The notes: generated by a model not told the origin, from the letters alone. A DNA stretch of 64,000 nt from a bacterium (GCA_963662285.2 CAXXMV010000002.1:1312001-1376000); one strand, 5' to 3'. Counted from the first letter of the stretch, positions 40,102 to 50,208 are shown. A program made the numbers and translations.

Positions 40102-41514
40102 TTGAGGGCAATGCAACAGGTGGAATCCCTATGTGGGTTCAATCATATACACCTGATAGGCATCGGTGGAATTGGAGTCAGCGGGCTGGCTCAAGTTCTT
40201 CATGCCTTCGGGTATAACGTTACCGGTTCAGACCCATCGTATAACGTCGTGACCGAGCGCCTTGAGCAGCTCGGTATCAAGATATTTCACGACCATAATG
40301 CGGATAATATAACCGGTGCATCTCTCATTGTCGCTACTTCTGCGGTCAAGGATTCCAATCCCGAAATTCAAGCAGCTCGCCAACAGAATATTCCTGTATG
40401 GCCTCGCGCGCGTATGTTGGGCTGTCTGGTTAACGATCATCGCGCTCTGGTTGTAACCGGAGCGCATGGCAAAACCACTATTACGGCATTGTTGACTCAC
40501 CTTTTTCTGGATACAGGACTCGACCCGACTGCTTTTATCGGCGGTGACGTGGCTTCTCTGGGAGGCAATGTTCATGTGGGGCGTGGTGAATGGGCTATCG
40601 CCGAAGGTGATGAGAGCGATGGCTCCTTCATATATCTCAAACCTGAGATAGCCATTATAAATAATATTGACGCTGATCATCTTGATTTTTACGAAAATAT
40701 TGACGCCATCATTGAGCAGTTCAACCTTTTCCTGCAAGGCGTCTCTGAAAATTGCCAGGTGCTGATTTCGGCTGATTGTCCGCATTGCAAAAAATTAATT
40801 ATTCGTCCTGATTGTCAGGTCATAACTTATGGATTTTCTGAATCGGCTGATATCCGGGGAAGTGGTTACAAGGCTGACGCCAATGGATGCCAAGGCAACG
40901 TTTCGGTTCGTGGCCGCGATATAGGTTTATTGAAATTGCAACTATCGGGCAAAGGTCATTATCATAACGCCTTGGCGACTGTAGCTGTTAGTTCCGTGTT
41001 GAATCTTCCATTTGCGCAAGTATTCGAATCGCTGGTGAAATTTGAAGGCGTCAAGCGGCGTATGGAGTATAAAGGCTCTTACCGGGGCATTACGGTTCTG
41101 GATGATTATGCGCATCATCCCACTGAAATAAAAACTACTATTCAGGGTTTACTCGACCGGCGCCCCAAGCGTTTGATCGGCGTCTTTCAACCACATCTTT
41201 ATTCTCGAACTATGAAATTACTCGATGATTTCGGCGTATCTTTCGTCGGATTGGACCAACTGGTTTTAACCGATATTTACCCTGCGCGTGAATTGCCCGT
41301 TCCTGGAGTTACAGGAGAAATACTATTAGAACCAGTCAGGAAGAGCGGCGTGGATGTATGTTATATCTCATCTATTTCTGATGTTCCCTCTGTTCTGGTT
41401 CCCCAACTTGAAGAAGGCGACGTTGTGGTCACTTTTGGCGCTGGTGATATCTGGATGGCGGGCGAAGCGATATTGGATATGCTTGCATCCGGTCAGGATG
41501 GCCAGAATTTATGA
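40102..41514 (+). CDS. murC: UDP-MurNAc--L-alanine ligase
   Basis: GIGGIGVSG, GAHGKTT, EGDESDGSF and DDYAHHPTE motifs. Confidence 0.96.
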   Translation: MRAMQQVESLCGFNHIHLIGIGGIGVSGLAQVLHAFGYNVTGSDPSYNVVTERLEQLGIKIFHDHNADNITGASLIVATSAVKDSNPEIQAARQQNIPVWPRARMLGCLVNDHRALVVTGAHGKTTITALLTHLFLDTGLDPTAFIGGDVASLGGNVHVGRGEWAIAEGDESDGSFIYLKPEIAIINNIDADHLDFYENIDAIIEQFNLFLQGVSENCQVLISADCPHCKKLIIRPDCQVITYGFSESADIRGSGYKADANGCQGNVSVRGRDIGLLKLQLSGKGHYHNALATVAVSSVLNLPFAQVFESLVKFEGVKRRMEYKGSYRGITVLDDYAHHPTEIKTTIQGLLDRRPKRLIGVFQPHLYSRTMKLLDDFGVSFVGLDQLVLTDIYPARELPVPGVTGEILLEPVRKSGVDVCYISSISDVPSVLVPQLEEGDVVVTFGAGDIWMAGEAILDMLASGQDGQNL

Positions 41515-42392
41515 AAGATTATTTCATACGCTTAAATCAATGGGTGAGAAATCTGGTGCGTAATTTATGCCGCATGTTGATTCTGGGCGTATCTATTGCC
41601 GGATTGATCCTTCTGTTGGCCGACGCGGTTATGAAATTCTTTACTTCTTCCGAATTTACGGTTGATGAAATAACAATCAGTGGAAATAAGCGGGTGGATG
41701 TGAATGATATTCTTGCCCAGATGGCGATTGCGCCGGGTGAAAATATATGGCTGGTCAATCTGGAAGACCTGGGAAAGCGGTTGGAAAAGCATCCGGCGAT
41801 TCGCCATGCAGGCGTGCGTCGTTTTCCCCCTAAGCGGATTCACATATCTATTGAAGAACGTGAGTTTATCGCGTTTTTTATGAATGATGATGGTTCTTTA
41901 TTGGGGCTTGATCCAGAAGGCGTGGTGTTGCCGCCTCCCATTGGATTCAATGCTTCAGCATCACCAGATGAAATCAGCGATGCGGATATTGAGGCGTTGC
42001 TGAGTTATCCGGTGTTAAGAGGAGAGGTTTCGTTTCCAAAGACATTTGGAGAACGAACATCCAATCTGAAAATGCAGATTATTCTATTATTTTTGAAACA
42101 GTTGCAGGCGGAATCGCCATTATTTTTTAAGGAAATTGTTGAAGGTGAAATGAGAAAAGATGGAAATTTCCTGCTACACCTGCGGCGCCGTATCGGAGTT
42201 CTGGTTCTGCGTGATATGACCAAGCCGGATTTGATAAAAAAAATTGATGCTTTCTGGCAGACAATGGAAAAAGAAGGCCTGAGAGCAGTTTATGTTGATG
42301 GGCGTTTCCCCGAAAAGGGTTTCGCGGTTCGCGCTGATGCTCAGCAGAATGATCAATGGGAACAGTTATACCGGATGGATGAAGCATCTTGA
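41511..42392 (+). CDS. ftsQ: Cell division protein FtsQ/DivIB
   Basis: TM plus POTRA (I.ISGN, RRFP..I.I.IEER) and C-terminal YVDGRF; lies before ftsA. Confidence 0.82.
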   Translation: MKDYFIRLNQWVRNLVRNLCRMLILGVSIAGLILLLADAVMKFFTSSEFTVDEITISGNKRVDVNDILAQMAIAPGENIWLVNLEDLGKRLEKHPAIRHAGVRRFPPKRIHISIEEREFIAFFMNDDGSLLGLDPEGVVLPPPIGFNASASPDEISDADIEALLSYPVLRGEVSFPKTFGERTSNLKMQIILLFLKQLQAESPLFFKEIVEGEMRKDGNFLLHLRRRIGVLVLRDMTKPDLIKKIDAFWQTMEKEGLRAVYVDGRFPEKGFAVRADAQQNDQWEQLYRMDEAS

Positions 42393-42493
42393 TGCTCTTA
42401 TAAATAAGGCTGATGCACAATCTTAAGTGAAGATATTTCGCCAATGGCATTTTTTGATGAAAAGTATGAATGCAATAAATAGTAAGTAGGAAA

Positions 42494-43738
42494 TTGATGA
42501 TAAAACGCTCGTTAGACAAAGACGCCATGCTGGCTATCGATATCGGTACAACCAAGATTACCGCTATCGTGGCGCGCCGTAATGAACGCAAGGCGATAGA
42601 GGTTTTAGGGCATGGAATTCATGCCTGTTCGGGATTGTCTGCCACGGGCATTATTGATTTAGAAGAGATTGTCGCTTCGATATCCAGCGCCAGTCATAAA
42701 GCGCTTAATCATGCACCGGATATCGAAATGCGAAAAGCAGTTATCGCCGTTTCCGGTACATTCGTCCAGAGTCAGAACACCGTGGGATCATTAGCGCTAT
42801 CCCGTCATGGCCGGGCTGTGACGCAGGATGATATCGACCTGTGCATCAGAGCTGCTATTGGACGGGCGATGCCCAAAGATTTTGAAGTGGTTCATGCCAT
42901 TCCCCGTTGGTTTCGTTTGGATGATACGCCGTTTATTCGCGATCCCTTGGGGATGGTGGGAAGCGTACTTGAAGTCGATGTTCACCTTATTATCGGACGC
43001 CAGTCAATATTGAAAAACCTGAAGCGTTGCGTCACTAAAGCAGGATTCAGCGTGGAAGAACTGGCCTACCAACCGATTGCATCAAGTCTTTCGGTATTGG
43101 GTGATGAAGAGAAAAACGTGGGCGTTGCGCTTATCGATATCGGTGGAGAAACAACATCGGTGCTGGTGTTTTATGAAGGAAGCATCTATCACAGTGAGAC
43201 CATTGGCATAGGCGGCGAAGATATCTCCCGTGATATCAATCATTATTTTCAAACGCCGATTGATAATGCTGAAAAGTTGAAAAAATACGCTGGTTCAGCC
43301 TTTCTGGATTCGGTCGATGTAGATGAGATGTTGGAAATAGTCCGCTTCAAAAACCGTCGCACCATCATGGTTAAGAAAATGCGCCTCTGTGAAATCATTG
43401 AAGCGCGGGTTGAGCAGATCAATGATGAAGTGATTCGCATGCTCCGTTCGCACGATCTTCTGGGAACCATCTATGGTGGAGTAGTGCTGACTGGCGGCGC
43501 CTCAATGTTGGATGGAATGCGGGAGAAAAGCATGGAGGCTTTCGAGTGCGAAGCGATTATCGGCTATCCCAATGGAGTGGTGGGGCATGAAGAAATTGTA
43601 TCCAGCCCCAGCTTCGCCACCATAATCGGTCTGTTGCATTATGGCTTTGAACGGCGCGATGCTCATGCAGCTGTCTATGGAACCGGATTGGTGCGGGTGG
43701 TTAAAAAAGTAAAACAGTGGGTGCAGGAAACATTCTGA
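42494..43738 (+). CDS. ftsA: Cell division protein FtsA
   Basis: IDIGTTKI, DIGGETT, IIEARVE and VLTGGA motifs, amphipathic C-terminal helix. Confidence 0.95.
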   Translation: MMIKRSLDKDAMLAIDIGTTKITAIVARRNERKAIEVLGHGIHACSGLSATGIIDLEEIVASISSASHKALNHAPDIEMRKAVIAVSGTFVQSQNTVGSLALSRHGRAVTQDDIDLCIRAAIGRAMPKDFEVVHAIPRWFRLDDTPFIRDPLGMVGSVLEVDVHLIIGRQSILKNLKRCVTKAGFSVEELAYQPIASSLSVLGDEEKNVGVALIDIGGETTSVLVFYEGSIYHSETIGIGGEDISRDINHYFQTPIDNAEKLKKYAGSAFLDSVDVDEMLEIVRFKNRRTIMVKKMRLCEIIEARVEQINDEVIRMLRSHDLLGTIYGGVVLTGGASMLDGMREKSMEAFECEAIIGYPNGVVGHEEIVSSPSFATIIGLLHYGFERRDAHAAVYGTGLVRVVKKVKQWVQETF

Positions 43739-43938
43739 CGCATCTCCCTGCGGTGGTAATACGTTGCATTTAAGGATGATCAAGATGATGAAGCGAAATA
43801 ATCAAGCCGGTGGGTTACTGAAAATACGGCTTGCCCAATGCAATAGTCCGCCGTTGGGTGATATATGTTGAGTCACGTTAAAAACCGGAAACAATACAAA
43901 AAAATATATATATAAAAAGGGTGAGAGGAGAAAAAATC

Positions 43939-45255
43939 ATGGCACTGGAATTCATTCAAGATCAAAATTTCAGCAATGGTGAAAACCGGGACGAAGGTGA
44001 TCAACAATCACGTCCAATGATCGAATTGGCTGATGATTATCAGAATGATATGCTTAATGGAAATGGTCCCAAAATAACGGTTATGGGCGTGGGCGGCGGC
44101 GGCAGCAATGCGGTCGATGCCATGGGCGATGGTTCTCTTTCTGACGTGGAATTCGTCGTCATTAACACAGATGTACAAGCTCTGCAACGCGCCAAAACGC
44201 CGCGCAAAATTCACATCGGTAGAAACATTACCAAAGGTCTTGGAACCGGCGCCAATCCAGTCTTGGGTGAACAGGCGGCTAATGAAGATCGCGACTTGAT
44301 CAGACAGGAAATTGAAGGCTCTGACCTGGTCTTTATCACCGCCGGCCTGGGCGGCGGCACCGGAACCGGAGCTTCGTCGGTCATCGCCGATGTAGCCAAA
44401 GAGATTGGAGCGCTTTCGGTTGCGATAACGACCAAGCCTTTTGAGTTTGAAGGCACTGTGCGACGCAATCACGCAGATAAAGGGCAGCAGATTCTGCGCA
44501 AAAAAGTCGATACTCTCATCACCATCCCCAACCAGCGTTTGATCAATGTAGTCGATGAAACCACTACTCTGATTGATGCCTTTAAGGTGGCGGATAGCGT
44601 ACTTAAGCAATGCGTTCAGTCAATCGCCGACCTGATTACCCGGCCAGGACTCATTAACCTCGACTTCGCTGACATCAAAGCAATTATGGACGCCGCTGGC
44701 GGCGCCGTGATGGGCGTCGGTTATGGACGCGGTAATGAGCGGGCCAATGAAGCCTTCAAGCAGGCTTCCAGCAGTCCTCTTATGGAAGAACAGGTTATCG
44801 AGGGCGCTAAAGGCATTCTTATTAATATTACCTGCGGTGCGGATGTGAAATTACTCGAAATTGATAAAGCCATTACGCACCATGTCCGCGACAAGGCTGA
44901 TGGCGACGCCAATGTGATATTCGGCGTGGTTATTGATCCTGATATGTCCGAAGAGATGAAGGTCACCATTCTTGCTACCGGCGCCACTCAAATGGAAAAA
45001 CGCGACTTCAAAGGTCGCCGCGAAGAAGAACGGCCTGCTGCTCAGGGCGCCAAACATCCATTGAAATCACAGCCTGCTTATTTGAAAAAAGGTTTGAGTG
45101 AAACAGTTGAAGAGGACAGTGAAGATATTAAGGAACTCGTATATGCAGACAAGGGCGGTCATACTTCCGCATTCGCCCCAAAATCACAGAACGATGGCAA
45201 GCGTCTGCCTCCGATGTCTAAATCGTTGTTCAGCAACTTGAAAAAGGAACGGTAG
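43939..45255 (+). CDS. ftsZ: Cell division protein FtsZ
   Basis: GVGGGGSNA, GGGTGTG and NLDFAD motifs. AGGAG RBS before the ATG at 43939. Confidence 0.97.
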   Translation: MALEFIQDQNFSNGENRDEGDQQSRPMIELADDYQNDMLNGNGPKITVMGVGGGGSNAVDAMGDGSLSDVEFVVINTDVQALQRAKTPRKIHIGRNITKGLGTGANPVLGEQAANEDRDLIRQEIEGSDLVFITAGLGGGTGTGASSVIADVAKEIGALSVAITTKPFEFEGTVRRNHADKGQQILRKKVDTLITIPNQRLINVVDETTTLIDAFKVADSVLKQCVQSIADLITRPGLINLDFADIKAIMDAAGGAVMGVGYGRGNERANEAFKQASSSPLMEEQVIEGAKGILINITCGADVKLLEIDKAITHHVRDKADGDANVIFGVVIDPDMSEEMKVTILATGATQMEKRDFKGRREEERPAAQGAKHPLKSQPAYLKKGLSETVEEDSEDIKELVYADKGGHTSAFAPKSQNDGKRLPPMSKSLFSNLKKER

Positions 45256-45301
45256 AGCGATTATCAAAAATGTGTTTGTTTGTTATCACGTTTGACCTTC
45301 G

Positions 45302-45336
45302 TCCCCTCTCCCCACGGGAGAGGGCAAGGGTGAGGG
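45302..45336 (+). repeat. REP-like CCCTCTCCC...GGGTGAGGG element, copy 2
   Basis: tcccctctccccacgggagagggcaagggtgaggg. Confidence 0.8.
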
Positions 45337-45446
45337 TGAATTATACAAACCGGGTTATAGGAATTTTAGATCGTTGATATTTACCCAATGCGCTGCAATT
45401 GCGCGTTGGTTTAAGCAAAATAATCTTTCCCAGGGATGCTTTGTGC

Positions 45447-45477
45447 GGGTGGAAACGAATTTCCACCCCTTTTTTTT
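45447..45477 (+). terminator. Intrinsic terminator of the dcw transcript
   Basis: gggtggaaa-cgaa-tttccaccc-c-tttttttt. Confidence 0.8.
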
Positions 45478-45572
45478 CATCCTCATCCTGACCTTTGTCT
45501 CATGTGTATAGGGGATTAATTATTCGAAATTCATTGTTGAACAGACCGCCTATTGATTGTCTTTGATGTTTA

Positions 45573-46478
45573 CTATCTCTTTTTTTTGGAAAAAACCATT
45601 CGGTTTGATGATGCGTTAGTGGTCTTTTGCGATGAGCTTATTGACGGGAGGATGCATTCCAGCGCAACTTCGATATGTGCGATTAACTGATTTAGTTCAT
45701 GTAGTTGTTTTTTACGTTGATTCAGTTTCATCTGTAACTGGTTCAGCGATTCGTCAATGGCTTTGGCGTCGGGTGATTTTTCTATATTTTCTGGAAATTC
45801 AATGCCGCTGCTTTTTATTATTAGTACTGCCTGCGCCAGTTTTTTAATGAAGGCGGGATCGGGTTTGCTAAAGTTTTGAGGTATTTGGTTGCTGAAAAAA
45901 TCCCGGGAACAGTCTATGAAATCATCGCCTAACATCATCTCTTGTTTGAGAATATCTCGAAGGCATTTTAACTGCTCCAGCACTGCTTGTAGATAATCTT
46001 TTACCAAACTTTCTATCATCAAGTGGTTGGCGTGGATTCCTCCATTGATAGATTCGCTGAATTTATCTTTAAAGGTCAACAAGTCCTCGGTAAGTTGAAT
46101 GGCTTGATCCTCCAACCGGGTGATTGCATCAAATATTTTTCTTCCTTTTTTTTCATCGAAGGCTTGATAACGATCATGCATTAACCAATTGATATATTCT
46201 TTGGAACTGTTGACGGATTGCTGGCAGGAATTTAACCGAACATCGACGCTTTGCTCTAGTTCATCCAGGAATCTTTGTTGTCGTTGAGCGACGCTCTTAT
46301 CGGGCGCCTTGTTTGGAGAAGTTTCTTTAAGAGTTTTGGCGATGGACCTTAAGACAGTTTTGCCTCCGATGGTTTCAGCAATTATAGAATCGGGATCAAC
46401 CTGTGGATTCCTTTTCAGATAATCCTTAATGACGATTTCTTCCATCTTTTGAGCTAATGTTTTATCGTTTGCGTTCAT
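45573..46478 (-). CDS. Hypothetical helical/coiled-coil protein
   Basis: 301-aa ORF rich in L/Q/E/K heptads; no recognised motif. Confidence 0.65.
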   Translation of the reverse strand: MNANDKTLAQKMEEIVIKDYLKRNPQVDPDSIIAETIGGKTVLRSIAKTLKETSPNKAPDKSVAQRQQRFLDELEQSVDVRLNSCQQSVNSSKEYINWLMHDRYQAFDEKKGRKIFDAITRLEDQAIQLTEDLLTFKDKFSESINGGIHANHLMIESLVKDYLQAVLEQLKCLRDILKQEMMLGDDFIDCSRDFFSNQIPQNFSKPDPAFIKKLAQAVLIIKSSGIEFPENIEKSPDAKAIDESLNQLQMKLNQRKKQLHELNQLIAHIEVALECILPSISSSQKTTNASSNRMVFSKKKR

Positions 46479-46891
46479 TTATCATCTACCTGAATTTTCA
46501 TTGATGCAAACTATTGGGATAAATAGAGTATTACTGAATTGTAACAACTTATCGGTGAAAAGATAATTCTATTAGACGGATTTTCGAAATATTATATGCG
46601 CGTTCCGATAAAGTAGGAAAAGATTGGTTTTTATGAAAATTCAGCATGGTGTTAATGGGTGTTAAGAGCGTTTGAATATTCCGCCCTCACTTGATTCTTA
46701 CAGTACTTGGTTGTTCGATATTTTAGGTAGGATCATAATACTTTTCTTTATATCTATTCTCCCCAAATAATGAATAGATATATATACTCTTACCTTAAAG
46801 CACTTTTCCAGACTGATAATTGGCGTCATTTAAGTGACTCTTGCTGAAGGATTAATATCGATCATAACGAAAACCAGGAAAGAAATGCACT

Positions 46892-47992
46892 ATGATTTTT
46901 CGTAACGCAATAATTCATAGAATCATAAGATTTATAAGTTCAAAACTTGCCAAAAGAATTGACCATCGAATCTTCCGGGGTTATTTCGATAACGTCCAAT
47001 ATGATAACGGAGAACTGATCGTAAGTGGTTGGACTTTGAGTCTTTATGGCCCCTTTGATGAGCTGATTCTATATATTAATGGAGAAAAACAAACTCCAGG
47101 GCAAGTCATTGAACGCCCCGACGTCGGCAATGGTCTCCCCGATATCCCGCGATCTAATCTATCCGGCTTCTCTTTTCATATAGCTAAAAATGAAGATGAA
47201 CTAGAAGGACTGATAGATATCAGACTTTCCTGCATTCAAGCGCAACAGGAAGTCGACCGGATGGAGACCGGCTTTTTTATTGACCTATATGAATCAATGC
47301 CCGCTCCACCGCTTAAATTTATCAAACGGGTCGATGGCTCCGAGAGCCAGAACTTTTATTTGCTCAAAGGCGCCCAGAATTATCGTGAGTTTCAACAGTT
47401 AATCAGTAAGCATTGCCAGAATCAGACAATATCCACCATGCTTGATTGGGGATGCGGCAGCGGCCGTTTGACCGGATTTTTCCTGCAGTACGCAGCAATT
47501 GATAACATATTCGGCTGCGACATCGATGCCGAAGCCGCCCAATGGGCGCAGCAGAATTTCCCGCAGGGAAAATTTGACGCCATACCTCTGCATCCCCCCA
47601 CTCAATATGATGACCAGCAGTTTGATCTGATCATATCTTTTTCCGTGTTGACCCACTTGGATAGGGAAAACCAGATTGCCTGGCTCAAAGAGATGAAGCG
47701 CATTCTAAAACCGGGCGGGACATTCATCGCTACCATCCACGGCGTCAGCGCCGCAAAGGTAATCCTTCCCCCCGAAGAGGTAAAACTACTGGAAAAAGAA
47801 GGCATCCACGACGCCACTAGAGACACGGTTCTTGAGGATGTCGCACCGGATGATTATTACCGCGCCTGTTTTCAATCCAAGGATTATACTATCAACCAAT
47901 GGAGCAGATATTTTGATATAGTGGATTACGTCGAACAGGGCGCCAGTAATTATCACGATATAGTGGTAATGAGAAAGCAAACCGAAGCTTAA
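46892..47992 (+). CDS. Class I SAM-dependent methyltransferase with N-terminal Ig-like region
   Basis: LDWGCGSGR, FSVLTHL and LKPGG motifs; N-terminal SGW...RPDV...SGF pattern. Confidence 0.82.
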   Translation: MIFRNAIIHRIIRFISSKLAKRIDHRIFRGYFDNVQYDNGELIVSGWTLSLYGPFDELILYINGEKQTPGQVIERPDVGNGLPDIPRSNLSGFSFHIAKNEDELEGLIDIRLSCIQAQQEVDRMETGFFIDLYESMPAPPLKFIKRVDGSESQNFYLLKGAQNYREFQQLISKHCQNQTISTMLDWGCGSGRLTGFFLQYAAIDNIFGCDIDAEAAQWAQQNFPQGKFDAIPLHPPTQYDDQQFDLIISFSVLTHLDRENQIAWLKEMKRILKPGGTFIATIHGVSAAKVILPPEEVKLLEKEGIHDATRDTVLEDVAPDDYYRACFQSKDYTINQWSRYFDIVDYVEQGASNYHDIVVMRKQTEA

Positions 47993-48005
47993 ACGCCCCC
48001 CAAGC

Positions 48006-48034
48006 GTAGGGTGGGTCAGCTTTACCGACCCACC
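48006..48034 (+). repeat. GTAG-type REP palindrome
   Basis: GTAG-ggtgggtc-agctttacc-gacccacc just after a stop codon. Confidence 0.65.
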
Positions 48035-48172
48035 AAAAATCCACCCAACATATCAAACCACTCATCCCTAACAGGAACTAGAGAGTATTTATACCTATAA
48101 AACTTTGTTTTCACCGAGTAAAGTTACTCAAAGCATTCATCAAAGTTGAATAACGAGAGAACCAGATTCAGT

Positions 48173-49354
48173 ATGAAAAAAAACCCTCAATTATACATTG
48201 TCTACTTTACTGTGTTCCTGGATTTATTGGGTTTCGGCATTTTAATTCCTCTTCTGCCCTATGTAGCTGAATCCTATAACGTCTCCAAAATCGAAATTGG
48301 CTTCCTGATGGCCAGTTATTCCTTAGCCCAATTTATTTTTTCACCAATTTGGGGAAGACTCTCTGACCGTATAGGACGTAGACCCATAATACTGATAAGT
48401 TTAATCGGATCATCAACCGGATATCTGTTATTCGCGTTAGCTGATTCAATGACCATGCTCTTCGTCGCCCGCATAATAGCAGGCTGCGCTTCGGGTAATA
48501 TCTCCGCCGCCCAGGCCATTGTAGCCGATACCCTTCCACCTAAAGAAAGAACCAAAGGCATGGGTATGATAGGCGCATCCATCGGTTTGGGATTCATGCT
48601 AGGACCGGCGCTGGCCGGTTTTCTGGTTAGCGACCATAACTACGCGCTGCCCTTTATTGTTGCCGCGTCATTATCAGGACTCGATTTAATCCTGGCCTTT
48701 TTCCTGCTCCCCGAAACCGTCAACAATCGCGATGATCAAAATATAGAACGACGGCGTTTTTCCCTTTTCATTCTTAAAAATTCGCTTGGAGTTAAATTCA
48801 TACCCCACCTCTTTTCCATCTCTTTAATTTACCACATTGCTCTGGCCTCGATGGAGAGTTCTTTTGCTTTATTCGGCAAAGCGGTATTTGACATGAACGA
48901 GCGGGAGAACAGTTACATTATGTTCCTGGTAGGCTTCATCATGGTCGCCATACAGGGAGGCGTTATCCGTAGCGCATCGAAACGTTATGGTGACCGGAAC
49001 CTTCTTCTATTCGGAATAATGGGAGTCACCATTGGTTTTGCGCTTATAGGATATGCAACCTCTTTCAAGATATTAATTGCAGCAACCATTTTTATGGCCA
49101 TAGCTTCGGGATTCATTGGCCCAAGCATAAGCAGCCTGATCTCTCAATTCAGTTCCAAAGACGTCCAGGGAGGCATCCTTGGGCTGAACCAATCTATGGC
49201 CAGCATGGGACGGATCATCGGCCCGATAGTGGGAACCATCTTATTCCAAATGATGAATCCCAGAGCGCCTTTTTACGCCGGATCAATTCTGCTCCTGTTC
49301 TCTTTTCTGATTATCATCCCCCTACGGCGCGGATTACGCGATAATCAACAATAA
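48173..49354 (+). CDS. MFS transporter (DHA1/TetA-like)
   Basis: DLLGFGILIP, motif A GRLSDRIGRRP and GFMLGPALAG (motif C); 12 TMs. Confidence 0.9.
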   Translation: MKKNPQLYIVYFTVFLDLLGFGILIPLLPYVAESYNVSKIEIGFLMASYSLAQFIFSPIWGRLSDRIGRRPIILISLIGSSTGYLLFALADSMTMLFVARIIAGCASGNISAAQAIVADTLPPKERTKGMGMIGASIGLGFMLGPALAGFLVSDHNYALPFIVAASLSGLDLILAFFLLPETVNNRDDQNIERRRFSLFILKNSLGVKFIPHLFSISLIYHIALASMESSFALFGKAVFDMNERENSYIMFLVGFIMVAIQGGVIRSASKRYGDRNLLLFGIMGVTIGFALIGYATSFKILIAATIFMAIASGFIGPSISSLISQFSSKDVQGGILGLNQSMASMGRIIGPIVGTILFQMMNPRAPFYAGSILLLFSFLIIIPLRRGLRDNQQ

Positions 49355-49521
49355 GTCTTTATCAGAATCCTCGATTTTCCGCTATTCATGATATAATAGG
49401 TAAATATGAAATAGAATCACAAAAATATTAGTATTTGTATATAGGAATAAAGAATCAGCGTGACTCGTCAAAGACGATATCGTTATATAAGGAAACAAAA
49501 AAGCAATTCAGGAGTATTAAA

Positions 49522-50208
49522 ATGTTTATCGGCGGTGGTTTAGATTATTGGATTTTAATGATTTTCATCATGGTAATGATGGGACTGGCCAGCAAAAATG
49601 TGCAAGCCACATTCGCGCGCTTCAGCAAAGTACCCATTCGCAACCGTATGACTGGCGCCCAGGCGGCGCGTTATATATTGGATTCTAATGGTTTACAAAA
49701 CGTTGCCATAGAAAGGGTTCACGGAAATCTGACTGATCATTACGATCCTCGCAGTAAAGTATTGCGTCTTTCAGAACCAGTCTACGACAGTATGTCTATC
49801 TCTGCGGTTGGCGTAGCAGCTCATGAATCGGGACACGCTATACAGGATAAAACAGGCTACGCCCCGCTCAAACTGCGCCAGGGAGTTATTCCTCTAGCCA
49901 ATTTCGGATCAAAATTCGGCCTTATTCTTGTTTTTGTAGGTTTCTTTCTAGGGACTTTTCTCAGTTGGTTTGGTATTGCCTTGTACGCACTGGCAGTAAT
50001 GGCATCTATCGTTACCCTGCCGGTTGAATTTAATGCCAGCAGCCGGGCCTTGGCTCAATTAACCCAATACGGCATCGTTTCCAACGAAGAATATGCGGGA
50101 ACCAAAAAAGTATTGAACGCCGCTGCATTAACCTATCTGGCCGCAGCCTTGGGCGCAATCATGACCCTGTTGTATTACATCATGATTCTGATGGGCAACC
50201 GGGACTAG
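49522..50208 (+). CDS. Membrane zinc metallopeptidase (YugP family)
   Basis: LTDHYDP, AAHESGHA, TLPVEFNAS.RA and VL.AAALTY motifs. AGGAG RBS before the ATG at 49522. Confidence 0.9.
   Translation: MFIGGGLDYWILMIFIMVMMGLASKNVQATFARFSKVPIRNRMTGAQAARYILDSNGLQNVAIERVHGNLTDHYDPRSKVLRLSEPVYDSMSISAVGVAAHESGHAIQDKTGYAPLKLRQGVIPLANFGSKFGLILVFVGFFLGTFLSWFGIALYALAVMASIVTLPVEFNASSRALAQLTQYGIVSNEEYAGTKKVLNAAALTYLAAALGAIMTLLYYIMILMGNRD

Noticed and set aside
48173-49354. Tetracycline resistance gene tetA
   Set aside because: It has family-level MFS motifs only, with no tetR or mobile context, so substrate cannot be assigned.
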